DNA of 63,849 nucleotides, counting the filler, from Sluysia triapertura (Eukaryota), in assembly GCA_046118255.1 (NCBI GenBank). It is 5 parts of 5 records of this genome, joined end to end, with 100 filler letters (N's around TTAATTAATTAA, not from the genome) between each part and the next. Parts side by side here need not be neighbours in the genome. Positions count along the whole stretch, not along the records: positions 52,680 to 63,849 come from JBJNIA010187956.1; 4 more parts are not named here. One strand, 5' to 3'. The notes beneath the pieces are model-generated. The model was not told the DNA's origin, searched no databases, and was given only the letters and a program-made list of their open reading frames with translations. How positions within the stretch are numbered: position 1 is the stretch's first letter; the number at the start of each line of letters is the position of its first letter. Of the stretch, positions 52,719-63,849 are shown piece after piece. A program made the position numbers and the translations under genes.

Positions 52719-52783
<65 letters not shown>
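52719..52783. repeat. (ATT)n microsatellite
   Basis: Visible tandem repeat. Confidence 0.95.
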
Positions 52784-52784
<1 letters not shown>

Positions 52785-52877
52785 GCCTTAGTACCTGACA
52801 AAAGTGAAGCTTCTTATGAATGTGAAATTTCAAAGTAATTTCAAAAAACTTTAATTATAATTTATAATCAAATTAAC

Positions 52878-53059
52878 CTTATTAACGACATCAGGATTTG
52901 CACCAGAATTTATCAACAGTCTCGCAAGTTCTGCGTGACTTTTGTAGAAACAACAATGAATTAAAGCAGTATTTCCAAGAGTATCTTGATAATCAAGACG
53001 AGCTCCTCTCTGAATTAGAACAGCTCCAACTTTATGATTACCATTATTTGCCAACATAG
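52878..53059 (-). CDS. Ankyrin-repeat protein, internal exon (about 2 repeats)
   Basis: tttcag|..MLANNGNHKVGAVLIQRGARLDYQDTLGNTALIHCCFYKSHAELARLLINSGANPDVVNK|gttaat; ANK consensus GxTALH..LL..GA. Confidence 0.88.
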
Positions 53060-55906
53060 CTGAAATTTACATAAAATTTAAATCCATACAGGTTATCTAA
53101 TACTCTTATTTTCATTTCATCAGTGATTAGCAGAGCTTTGTTACCACTTTTAAGAAACATACCATCTGGTACACGTTGAACTTCTACTAGAGAATTCTGT
53201 ACTTTAGTATAAATTCACAAAGATTTTATGATTGCCATTAATTATTTTTTCAAATTTTGCGTATTGTTAATGACAGATGTGTAGCTTATACAAGAAAAGA
53301 TTCAATGTGAAGTGTTAGCTCATGACGTAGCCATTCGTGAGACTAACTTTCTGAATTAGAGAATACCATAATGCATACTCAAAAAATTCAATGTCAATGA
53401 GAGTGAATCGTAAACTGCATACTGTTCGGTACTTCAAATAATAACAGTGATGCAATTTCTATCAAAATTACTTTTATGTGGTAATTTATTTATATTCATT
53501 GTGATTAAATATCTTTGTATTACATATGTATCGCTTAATTTTATTTTACCATTAAATGTATTTAAATGTAATCATTTTTTGCTTATTAAAATTTCAAGTA
53601 CAATAGTTAATCAATCATTATGAATAAAATACACTATAATATATAAGATAATTATTTAATATAACTGTACCCCACACGTTATTAACATAAAATCCAAAAT
53701 ATGATAAAAGTATATAAATTAAATTATATAATTATCAAATTTTGTGGGCAAGAGCGGTGTTACTGCTATCATATAGTTTGGTGTTATTAAATAGTTAGTA
53801 AATTTGAAATGAGCTAAGGATATAATTAAATGTGTTAGGACACGCATTTTTCTAATAAATTGTGATAAAGGAAAAATAATAATTTATAAAATATATTATA
53901 ATTGTTAATGTGTAAATCAAATGTCAAGTAAAGTGCCAAAACAAACGATAAAAATCTTTTATTTTAAGTTAAAAACACTAAAAGAAACTAAACGAAAACA
54001 AAATAATAAGAATTAGTATAAAAGATTTAAAAAATTATAAAATAAAGAATTTTATTGCCAACATAAATATTTTATTAGAATTTTAATAAGATAAAACATT
54101 TTATTGTTAAATTTTATAATTTTAAACAGCATAAAAAGTTTTATTGCTTACGCTTAGAATATTTACTATAAACGACAATTAGAATTTGCTATAAAGGACA
54201 ATAAAATAAACAAAGCAAAATCTAAAAACAAATACATGTTAGAAAAGCTTCAAAAAATCTCGCATCTATTTACACAGGACGTCATAATTTCGAAATCACA
54301 TATTTGTACGGTATTAGCTTCTGAGCAAATTATCGAAAATAAAAAAACAATTTCGTTATAGCAAATCAAGTCTCTGAATAATTTGAAGCTTTATGTTTTT
54401 TCCCGTTAGTTTGTCAGAAGAATACGTTTACACGATTTTCAGAATGTGTTAAAAACTATTCAAATTATGTTTATAACATTTTTCTGACTTGGCGTTTTAA
54501 ACAACCTATGAAATTCATTGTAAAATTCATATATTGATTCTTTAAATAAGTAATATTACAATTTTATACTTGTCATAATTTTTAATCTTATATGTCACTA
54601 AATGATTAAAATTTAATTCAGTTAGTTAACGTATTATATTAAGTATTTATTATTCACTTATAAAAACTATCGCGCCTATCGTGCTTCATTTTAAATAGAA
54701 GCTTAAAACAAGTGGCATTATAAAATCCACATTAAATTTAGACAAAATCTAATTTCCTATTTTTCATTTCCAATTTTAAATAAAGATTTGAAATCATTGT
54801 TTCAATTTAAAAAGTACAAATCATTTCAAAAAATTTAGTGATAATTTATTGATTAACTTACAGAATATACATAAATTGTCTAAATTATAAGGATACTAAA
54901 TACATGCTATAAAGATACTTAGCTAGAAATGTTATTGACCACTGTACCTCTTAGTTGTTATTTGTACTTCTAGAATCTCGCGGATAAGCCATTATTTCAA
55001 TCTTAGATAAGTTAATTTTATTATAATATATGAAAGTAGGTTTCTTGCTGCAACAAAACCACATCACAATAATATAAATTATCACGGTTTCTAAGCTTTT
55101 AATTACTGTTAATTATTGTTGCAACAATAAGAATTCGTAAGCTCAAAACATTTGGCAAGTATTAAGTAGTAGAATTTGAAATTTCAATGCTAAAAATATT
55201 AAAAGTTAAATTATTGTACGCAGTTTAATAATATAAAGAATTATTTTTTGGTAACGAAAAATTTCATTACAAAGTAAACAATTTTCTTTAAATTTAGAAT
55301 AAAAACAGAATAAATAAATAAACCAATATTCACGATCTTAGTAACTATTTAATAATTAATTTCAAAATGGAGGAATTTGTCCGATGATTTTACTTTTTGA
55401 AAAAAGTTTAATTTTGCGTTAGTTTGAGTTTTATAAGGAGTTATTTAATTTAAAACTTAAAGTATGTAATACCTTTTCATGTAATTTAAAAAATTACGTT
55501 TTAATTATAATTAATACATTGTGGACCAGATATTTTATTGTTAACCGTATCCGGTGACCAGGTATTTTTTAGCGTCAAATATTTTAAAATTAGTTATGAT
55601 TTTTTAATAGTTAAAAATCATTGTTACATAAAATATTTATTTTCAACAAAACTTTAAAAATACACGAATTCTCATTATACTTTTAATTTTATACGCGACC
55701 TGTAACCTTAGCGAATACGTTTTCAGTTACACTATTCATCTTCAAATTACAATGAAAAACGAGATTTCTTGTTATTGGCCACAAGCTCTAGAACATCGAT
55801 CAATTTATCAACATTAGATTAAGCCAGAAAATTTAATCTTTAATTTTTATTTAGTTCTTATTGTTAAATTGTTGGTATATTGGTTTACATAATATGTATA
55901 TAATCG

Positions 55907-57445
55907 TGTATATGGCGAAGTTTTATATTCTTATAAGCTTGCAAAAGATAACTCTGGAGGCGAGTCCACCTAACAGAAACATCTTATATCTGGTCGAAGG
56001 CGGTCTATTAGGCTTTTAAGAAGTAATGTAATTCGACTTTAGAAGAGTCACGTACTACGAAAGTATTTTTAATTAGGTGAATGGTCACGTTAAATAATTA
56101 TCGAAATTCTTTAATTAATTATAATTTAAGAGATTTTGAGTTAGCCTTTCTACGGTCTAACTTTAAATCAACAGTATTTTAAATGAGCCTTTTACGTTAT
56201 AATTGTGAAAACTTTATTTAGATTTTGTAATATTTAGCTAGCCTTATTACCGTGTAGCGATGATAAAGGATTTTGTTATTTAATAAATAATCACTAACTC
56301 TTAAAATGTATATTATTGAAGAATAAAAGAAATTTTATACAAGGTGTAAATAAAATTTTTTGTACAAGATAACAATATAATAATAAACAGTTTAGCACTT
56401 AAATCTTATTGATTTAGTGCAATAAAGTTTTATAAGTGGGGCCCAGCAGCATAAGCATACATTAAAATAAAATAAAGATATATATGAATAAGAAAGTAAA
56501 TTATACATAACCCTATTAAGCTTTGATTATAATAAGAAAAACTATTCTAAATTAAAAAATGCATAAATTGCTATAAGTTTTAAAGTTTATAAGGGATTGA
56601 TCTATAAGTTTTATTGTTCCTTAAGTCATTATTAAATAAGTTTTATATACTTATAATATTACAAGTTTTATTATAACCTTAGTGAATAAGTTCTAATTTT
56701 ATGCGAATAAGTTTTTATTATTATTATCGAATAAGTTTTATCTGAATAAGTTTTATAAGTTTGACTAATTTTATAAGGGATTACTCAATTAATACGAATT
56801 AATTTAGTTTTATAAGATTTAAAGAATAAAGCATATTATTAAATTATTATAATTATTATTATTAAGAATTGTAAGATTTGATTAAAATTGCTAAACAAGT
56901 TGTACCTTTTGATGATTACAGAGTTAAATTAAGAAACTACATGGCTTTGCCAAATGATTTTAAAGATTGTATTTCACAATTTAGTAGAGCAGAGGAGGAA
57001 CTCTGCGACTTCTTATGTGGATACGATAGTGTCACCGAAGATAATGGATGGAGAGAATTAGAAAAAGTTAAACGAATACAAAATTACCTTACTGGTGCAG
57101 CGATTCAGATTTATAAAGATATAAATGAACAAGATAAAGGAACTTGGAATTCTTTTGTTAACGCATTTACCGAGGAGATTGCCCTCGATGATAAATATTA
57201 TAATAAAATGTTAAATTTAAGGCAGCAGAAAGCTAATGAAACTGTTCACGAATTTGTATGAGCACTGAAAAATTTAGTAAATAGAGCAAAGATTGCTGCA
57301 GATAAAAAAGAAATGAATTTAAAAGATAAACTAAAAAGTGGTTTACGTCTTGAATTAAGAACTTATGTTACTTTAATTGAAGAGGTACCTTTCAAAGATC
57401 TTTATATAAAGATAAAAAAGATAAAAATAAAAATAAAGATGAGAA
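55907..57445 (+). mobile_element. 5' part of a Ty3/gypsy LTR retrotransposon: putative LTR, PBS-like TGGGGCCCAG (~56437), ATAAGTTTT-rich leader and gag (56878-57440, one stop)
   Basis: NGW...K....NYLTGAAIQIY......TWNSFVNAF...LRQQKANETVHEFV*ALKNL...GLR matches a retrotransposon capsid. LTR limits approximate. Confidence 0.75.
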
Positions 57446-57563
57446 AATATTAATTATATTAGTGATAGTTAAAGGAAAAGCCCAAAACTTACTAGAAATA
57501 AATTCGCTAATAATCGATAAAATAATATTATTTTATTATCAAATTTTACATAAATTTTAGATT

Positions 57564-57566
<3 letters not shown>

Positions 57567-57601
<35 letters not shown>
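57567..57601. repeat. (AT)n microsatellite
   Basis: Visible tandem repeat. Confidence 0.95.
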
Positions 57602-57603
<2 letters not shown>

Positions 57604-57662
57604 TGATTTCACGTATGTATAATATAAAAAGACATTTTGAAACGATGCATTCTAATCTCAGA

Positions 57663-59437
57663 ATGTCAACTGATGAATAAAGAAAAACATATTTTTTAAT
57701 AAAGAAAAAGGAAAATTTTTCTCAGAACAGTGTTTTCAAAAGTTTTTTGGTTTCAAAAAAAGAACATTACAGATGCTAGTTTTCCATTACATTGCTCGCC
57801 ACGGGAAACCTCTTCTAGAAGGAGAATTTGTAAAAAAGCATTTTAGAAAGTAGTACTACATTGTTTGCTGATTTTAAAGAAAAAGACTTGATTATAAAGC
57901 TTATAAATGGATTACCTATAAGTCTAAAAACAATTAAGGATCGAGTAATAGAATTAGAAAAAATATTTTTTTGCAAATATATTCATTTGCTTTAGATGAG
58001 AATAATGATGTAAATGGCCATGAACAATTAGCAGTTTTTGCTCGGAATAAGTCAGGAAATATAATGAAATAAGAGTTAATAAATCTAAAAACGCTTAAAG
58101 GGTCTTCATATTTTTAAAGAATTTGATATTACATTTACAGAAATGGATATTGACCCTCAGAAAATAGTTTCTTTAAAAACAGACGACGCACCGAGTATAG
58201 TAGGTAAAACCACTGGATTTATTCGGTATCTTAAGCAAAAGATTTCACATTCTCTGATCGAATTTCATTGCATAATACACAAACAAGTATTATGTGCGAA
58301 ACATGGATTAAAATTATTCTCAATGTCTGTTGTAATAAATTAATAAACGCGGGAGCTCTTAATAAACGACAATTTGCACAATTCTTAGAGGAAATTGAAT
58401 GCCAATATTCTGGTATTTTGACATACAATAACGTGCGATGGCATAGTTTCAGTCAAGTCCTTAATCGCTTTGTAACGTTATTAGATGAAATTAAAGTCTT
58501 TTTAATTGAAAAAAGCAATAGTTTCGTTGAATTATCCAATGTACATTGGTTAAATGATTTAATGTTTTTATGTGACATCACTTAAAAAACTTTAAGGGCA
58601 ACGATTAATTGTTTTAACCATGTATGAAAATATTAAAATATTTACGGCAAAAATGGATATCTTTAGTAAGGATTTAAAAATGAAAATTATGAAATATTTT
58701 TCGCAATTAAGAAAACATTTTGAAAATACGGTCGACGTTCAAGGAAATGCAATTAAAACATATTTAATGATTCTCCCGGAAATAAAACAAGCTTTTGAGG
58801 AGAGATTCAATCAATTTAAATGTTTGGAAAATACATTTTATTTATTTTATATCCATACAAAACTGAATTTGAATTTATGTGGCTAGGTATAGATAACTTA
58901 GAAATGAAGTTAGTGGAATTTCGAAGCAGCGAGTGTGGGAAACAAAATTTGAAGACTTGATTTCTGAAGTAGAAGGAAAACTGTGTGAAAATAGTACAGT
59001 TAATATTGATCCCACAGTGAAAATTGAAAATATTATATTGAAAGTGTGCGATTCTTTCTCATGTAATTTTATATCAATGAAAAAACTAGCTAATGCTCTT
59101 TTAACGATGTTTAGGTCCACATTTTCAAAAGTGTTTTCAATGAACTTTGTAAAATCTTCTAATAGAGATAGACTTGAAAAGGAATTAACTGCCAAATGTG
59201 TCAAACTAATAAATACGAAATATGAACCTGATATTAAAAAATTAAAAAAATCATACTAAACAATTTATGTTTATACTTTGTTATACATTTATAAATATGT
59301 ATACATATATAAATAATATTTCATAACACATAATTTACGTAATTTTCTTTACCCCTTGTTCATTCAAAAACTTAGTGACCCATGAGGTAGTACTAAAAAC
59401 AGTGAAAATAAAATAGAAAAAATGTTTGCCGTCGCTG
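57663..59437 (+). mobile_element. Decayed hAT transposon (Buster/SPIN, GTF2IRD2-like transposase) with right TIR
   Basis: IARHGKP..EGEFVK, YSFALDE..D....QLAVF, TDDAPSIVG, FHCIIH, VRWHS..VLNRF, LMFLCDIT and LTMFRST..FSMNFVKS in order, with frameshifts. Terminus gtttgccgtcgctg at 59424-59437. Confidence 0.92.
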
Positions 59438-61273
59438 TTCTGTACCATTAAACATTTACATCATATTAGAAAAATAGTATAAAATATAAATGATTTATTA
59501 ATAATATGTAAATTAAAATTGAAAAATTGTAATTGGAACTTACTCTTTTAGTGTCATTCATACTCTAACAAGCTTAGAAAATAAATCACTACAAACATAT
59601 ATTGAAAAAACTACAGAAAATCGCACTAAAAACAAAAAAACGTCTTAAAAAAAGAAAAACAGGATATAAGAAATACAGATGAGAACTTACAATATTTAAG
59701 TAGCAATAATTTAAAGTTACGGATCAAAAAGTAGCACTGCAGAAATAGAAACACGAGATTTTAATAAAATAGAAATAAAATGAATGAAGTAGTCAAATAA
59801 ATAAAAATTAACACAAGGGAGGTGCAAATAAAAAATTGTATGTACGAAATATAGAACAACATTATTTATTATCTAGAAGAAATTCGGCATAAAAACACAA
59901 AAGTAGTAAGACCAAAATTATATTCATATATTTAAGTACGAAATAAAATTGGCCACATAATTTAACTAACTGTAAAGATAGATAAAAAGATATAATACAA
60001 AGAAATTAGAAAATTAATATTTCATAATCTAGTATCGGCAAAACATTGCATAAATTGGTGTTTTGGCGTGGAAACATCAACAATAAATATTATAATAGAA
60101 AATCAGCTAAAATATTATACAAGTTATTAATTACGAATATTATTCAAAATATTAGATTTATTATTCTAGCAAAAGTGGAATACTTATTTAAGTAATTGGA
60201 AGACGATATATATTGACGATTATTATCCTCTAAATTTTAGTAAGAACAGTATCTCAATTAGAAATTACAATAACTTTTAGATTAACATAAAATCAAAACT
60301 TACTAAATTAGCTATCAAGCATGATTATTTTACCAAGAAATTAGAAATAAATTCATCAAATTAAACAAGATAAAAATAATGCTCAGACCAAGCTTAGAAA
60401 AAGTTGTAAGTTGTAGCTTAATGGTTAAATTAAAATATGAAGTGTAACTTAAATAAGAATAAATTTAATCCTTTAAAAAAATAAAATTATAACCCTTCGT
60501 ATGGCCTATAATTTGATTTATAAATATAAATGCTTTAAAAGTATTTTAATTAATAAAGAAGTTTAGACTTAATTAAATAGTTTTGATTCAGTAAAAGATT
60601 TGCATAACTTAGATATACGCATTCAAAAGAATAAAAATTTTCACGTCTGCCTCTTTAAGAGTAAAAGTTTAGAACCACCATGACATAAGAGTTTAATTTT
60701 AAAGCTATTTGAATTGGATTTTTAAAAACATTATTTGAAAAGATTTAAAACTATTATGAAAATAAATTAATTCTAAAAATTAGAGCCATTTTGTGCTGCC
60801 AATTAAAGTTAAGTTTTAAAAGCTAACATTTTGTTAATTTCAAGTAAAAAATATTTACTTCATATATTATAAATACAAATATAACTTATATATATTATTT
60901 AATGCCTTAAATTTTATATTTATATCTAAAAATAAGCTTATTTACATTTATTCACCACTTTAAACATAAAATATAAAATATAAAATATAAATAAAATATA
61001 ATGTGAAACTTTTAGAAACACCACATTTATTTTTAAAAAATGAAGTAGCGCTAATAAATTTAAATTTTTACATTTACAATAACTTTACAATTACAGGTGA
61101 TCTGAATTTATTCTTAAAACAGAATTATTAATTTAAAACTGCAGTTTAATGATATGAAATATTTGTCTTGCTATAACAAATATTTTATTATGTTGTTAAT
61201 ATTATTATATAACTTTTTTTAATTGAAGTTGATTAAATATGTTTTGTGTTTTATACAATTTTCTAATGTTAAA

Positions 61274-61533
61274 TTACATGAAAATGTTAAAATTTGCTAA
61301 ATTTTGTAATTTGTCGGCCAATACTATCCTTGCTATACTTTTGTTTATAACAAAATTCGCTTAACGAAGTTAAATAATATATAGATATCAATAAATTTAG
61401 ACTTACTTTTTAAATCATGTCGTTTTTTGTTAATAACTTTACGACTATTTAAAGCATTTGGATGAATTGTATCTAAGCTATATGATAAAACCAGTAATAT
61501 TTGAATTAAAATAATCAAAAAGAATTTATTCAT
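61274..61533 (-). CDS. Small secreted peptide precursor candidate (exon 61533-61407; probable exon 2 from 61332)
   Basis: MNKFFLIILIQILLVLSYS signal-like N-terminus, RK and KKR sites, strong donor a|gtaagt at 61406. In-phase acceptor at 61333 gives TRIVLADKLQNLANFNIFM*. Confidence 0.5.
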
Positions 61534-61754
61534 TTTGGTTTCAGGCATTAACAATCATCATACAAATGAATATTAATAAGATTTTGATTTGAATTGATTA
61601 TTCAACTGAAAAAAATAATAAAAAGCGTTTGTTATTATTGGCTAATAACTATTGGGTATAAAAGTAAAATTATACTTCAATGTTAAATGTAAATAAAACA
61701 AAAATTTCACGTCATTAGCTATTTATTATAAAAATTACTAAGAATAATTTAAAG

Positions 61755-62069
61755 TTATGCGTCACCAGCTTTAAAAACTTGAACTTGATAATCACCTAAT
61801 TGCAATTGGCAATATTTTCCAACTTCGTGACTCAAAAAACTATAAAATAAAAAAACAAAATAATTGAAAATATAATCTTACGTAGTAAAACTTTTACCAA
61901 TGATAACGTGCCAATAAGCTCCTAACTCGTTATCCAAAAAACGTTTAATATGTTCTGCAATTTGTCTATTATCGGAAAGATTTTTAAATGCTTCTTGAAC
62001 TTCATTTTTTACTAATTGAGTTTCTTTATTTTGTAATTTAGAATCTAAAACTTTCAGTTCAGATTTCAT
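61755..62069 (-). CDS. Dynein light chain, LC8/DYNLL family (90 aa; exons 62069-61882 and 61839-61755)
   Basis: IAEHIKRFLDNELGAYWHVIIGKSFTTFLSHEVGKYCQLQLGDYQVQVFKAG matches LC8 [32 protein letters not shown]...LFKSG; 42-nt gtaag..tag intron. Confidence 0.93.
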
Positions 62070-63849
62070 GTTTGCTTAATTAATTTGATTGATTTAGTAA
62101 TAATTTTTACATATATATAAATTAATCATATACAACCATGTTTATTGTTTTTATTTGTTAAATAGCTCTGAATTTATTTTACTCACAAAATATAGCAAAT
62201 GTGCTTTATATAGCACAACACATTAATAATAATAATGATGATTACAGTAGATTTTGATGCATTTTTATTGTGTAATTTATGTACTATATAAAGTCAATAA
62301 AATTGATAATTTAAGCATTTAGAAATTTATTACTAAAATGACATCCATGATAAAAAAGAAAGGTGAAATAAATTTTAATTTAATAAACTGTACTGTTTAT
62401 TAGTAATTTGATATAAAATTTGTTTTTAATGTTTTATACTTGTCATAAATTCGATCAAATATTTTTAAAAAGCAGATAATACACATCATTATATAACTGG
62501 CATCAATCTTTTAACAGAAATTTTCTTTTAATTTAATTTTTAGAAAAATTTTAAAAAATGTGTTTAAAAAATAAAAATTCAGTTATATTTTTATTGTGGT
62601 ACTACTTAACTAAATTTAAGCAAAAAATTTCTAAATGACGCCTTAAAATTGTTTCTTCTGATAGATCGTGTTCGTAATTTTTACTTCTTAGTGTCTTTAT
62701 TTTAACTTAAATTAAAGTCTTGTTGCTTTAATTTAATTGGATTTTAATTTTAATTAAGATTTCAGCTCTCAATAAAATGGCCACAAGTGAAATTTATTAA
62801 AACTTGAATATTTAATAAGAAACCGGAAACTTATATTAATAAGCGTACTGAGGACAACTAAGAAGCAACAAGAAACTATCGATAAGAATTTTATATCCAC
62901 CGATTGTGAATTCCGATAATGGTACTTTTAGAAATTGAATTTAAACTAAAAATTAAAGATTGTTCATTTAAAATTTAGGAACTCCAAATTAAAAGCCAAA
63001 ATAAATATTGGAATTAAAAAATCTTGAAATTTTTTAACTAAAACGAGTCAGTATTTATACTAGTTAGTGCCTATAAGGAACTTTCTTTAAAATTTTCAAG
63101 AAAATTCCAGAATTTTAATTTCTCTTCTGGAAAACTAATTTTCTAAATAAGTACCGTGGTTGTGATGACAACCTGACATACCAAAAATAAGTACTTAAAA
63201 TAAAAGACATTCTAACTTATCATAATGAAAGTGTTTTCTCTAATGAAACTACCTTACAAAATAATAGACTTTTTTGGGTTCACCTACATTCAGTAGTTAT
63301 GTCATTACGGAAGACAGGATTTTTATTCAAGCAAATAATCATGATATGAGGATATTTATTAACTGTATTCGTAAGTTTTTATGGTAAACGTAAATGCATA
63401 CAATTCTTTTTATTTGTGCTTAAATGATGCATACACTTTTTACTTTCAGTTATACCTCAAGGTACTCAATAATTAACTAAAATGAGAATGAATTACATGT
63501 ATCAATAAATAAATTACAACACGCTCCGAAAAGTTATATATAAAAGATAAAATAATATAATTGGTTTATTAATTTTCCTCTTAATAAACAAATAATTTTA
63601 ATAAAAATACTAGTTCCTTATACTAGTAAAGATATTACAAACTCATGTTATGTTGCGTCTTTAAAAATTACTACCTATGATAATTCAATATTATTTTAAT
63701 TAGCTTAAAAAGAATCTCAATTATTTAAGTTTTCACTAGATCAAATATAAATTTTCAATAATTCTTTTATTTAATATTCACTCCAAAATTATGCTCTTGG
63801 AAATCAAATCAATAACAACACAACAACTTACTGGTTAAATAAAAATAAG

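Noticed and set aside
58875-59204. Antisense ORFs over coding or TE sequence (also 237-419, 38960-39142, 41900-42103, 50831-51151)
   Set aside because: Shadows of opposite-strand coding regions.
1-63849. CRISPR arrays, rRNA, tRNA genes, prokaryotic operons
   Set aside because: No repeat-spacer array, cloverleaf or rRNA-like segment seen; the gene structure is eukaryotic.

Overview
Very AT-rich eukaryotic DNA with spliceosomal GT-AG introns. It is most likely from an invertebrate animal, but the species cannot be determined from the window. Four 100-nt scaffold gaps carry an artificial TTAATTAATTAA linker. Host genes: (1) the 3' part of a MAP4K4/MINK1/TNIK (misshapen)-type kinase gene (241-10037, +), whose terminal CNH exon is broken by frameshifts and stops; (2) the last three exons of an intact-looking RBCK1/HOIL-1 RBR ligase (16115-25201, +); (3) an intronless, disrupted RIO2-like kinase with a partial tandem copy (41.3-42.5 kb, -); (4) an ankyrin-repeat exon with possible downstream exons (52-53 kb, -); (5) a small signal-peptide ORF with dibasic sites (61.3-61.5 kb, -); (6) a two-exon LC8-type dynein light chain (61755-62069, -). 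Most of the rest is decayed mobile DNA: Tc1, IS630/Tc1-like, mariner, hAT, Ty3/gypsy and LINE remnants, plus microsatellites. The most unusual signal is a repeat family (27.9-30.3 kb -, 49.6-51.8 kb +, and a probable third member at 37.3-38.7 kb +). Its long leader carries three 50-70-nt hairpins that keep their pairing despite sequence divergence, followed by an ORF1-like region and the start of an APE endonuclease. Also notable is a pair of homologous unannotated small ORFs in the introns of two different genes. All alignments were done by eye; no database search was run.
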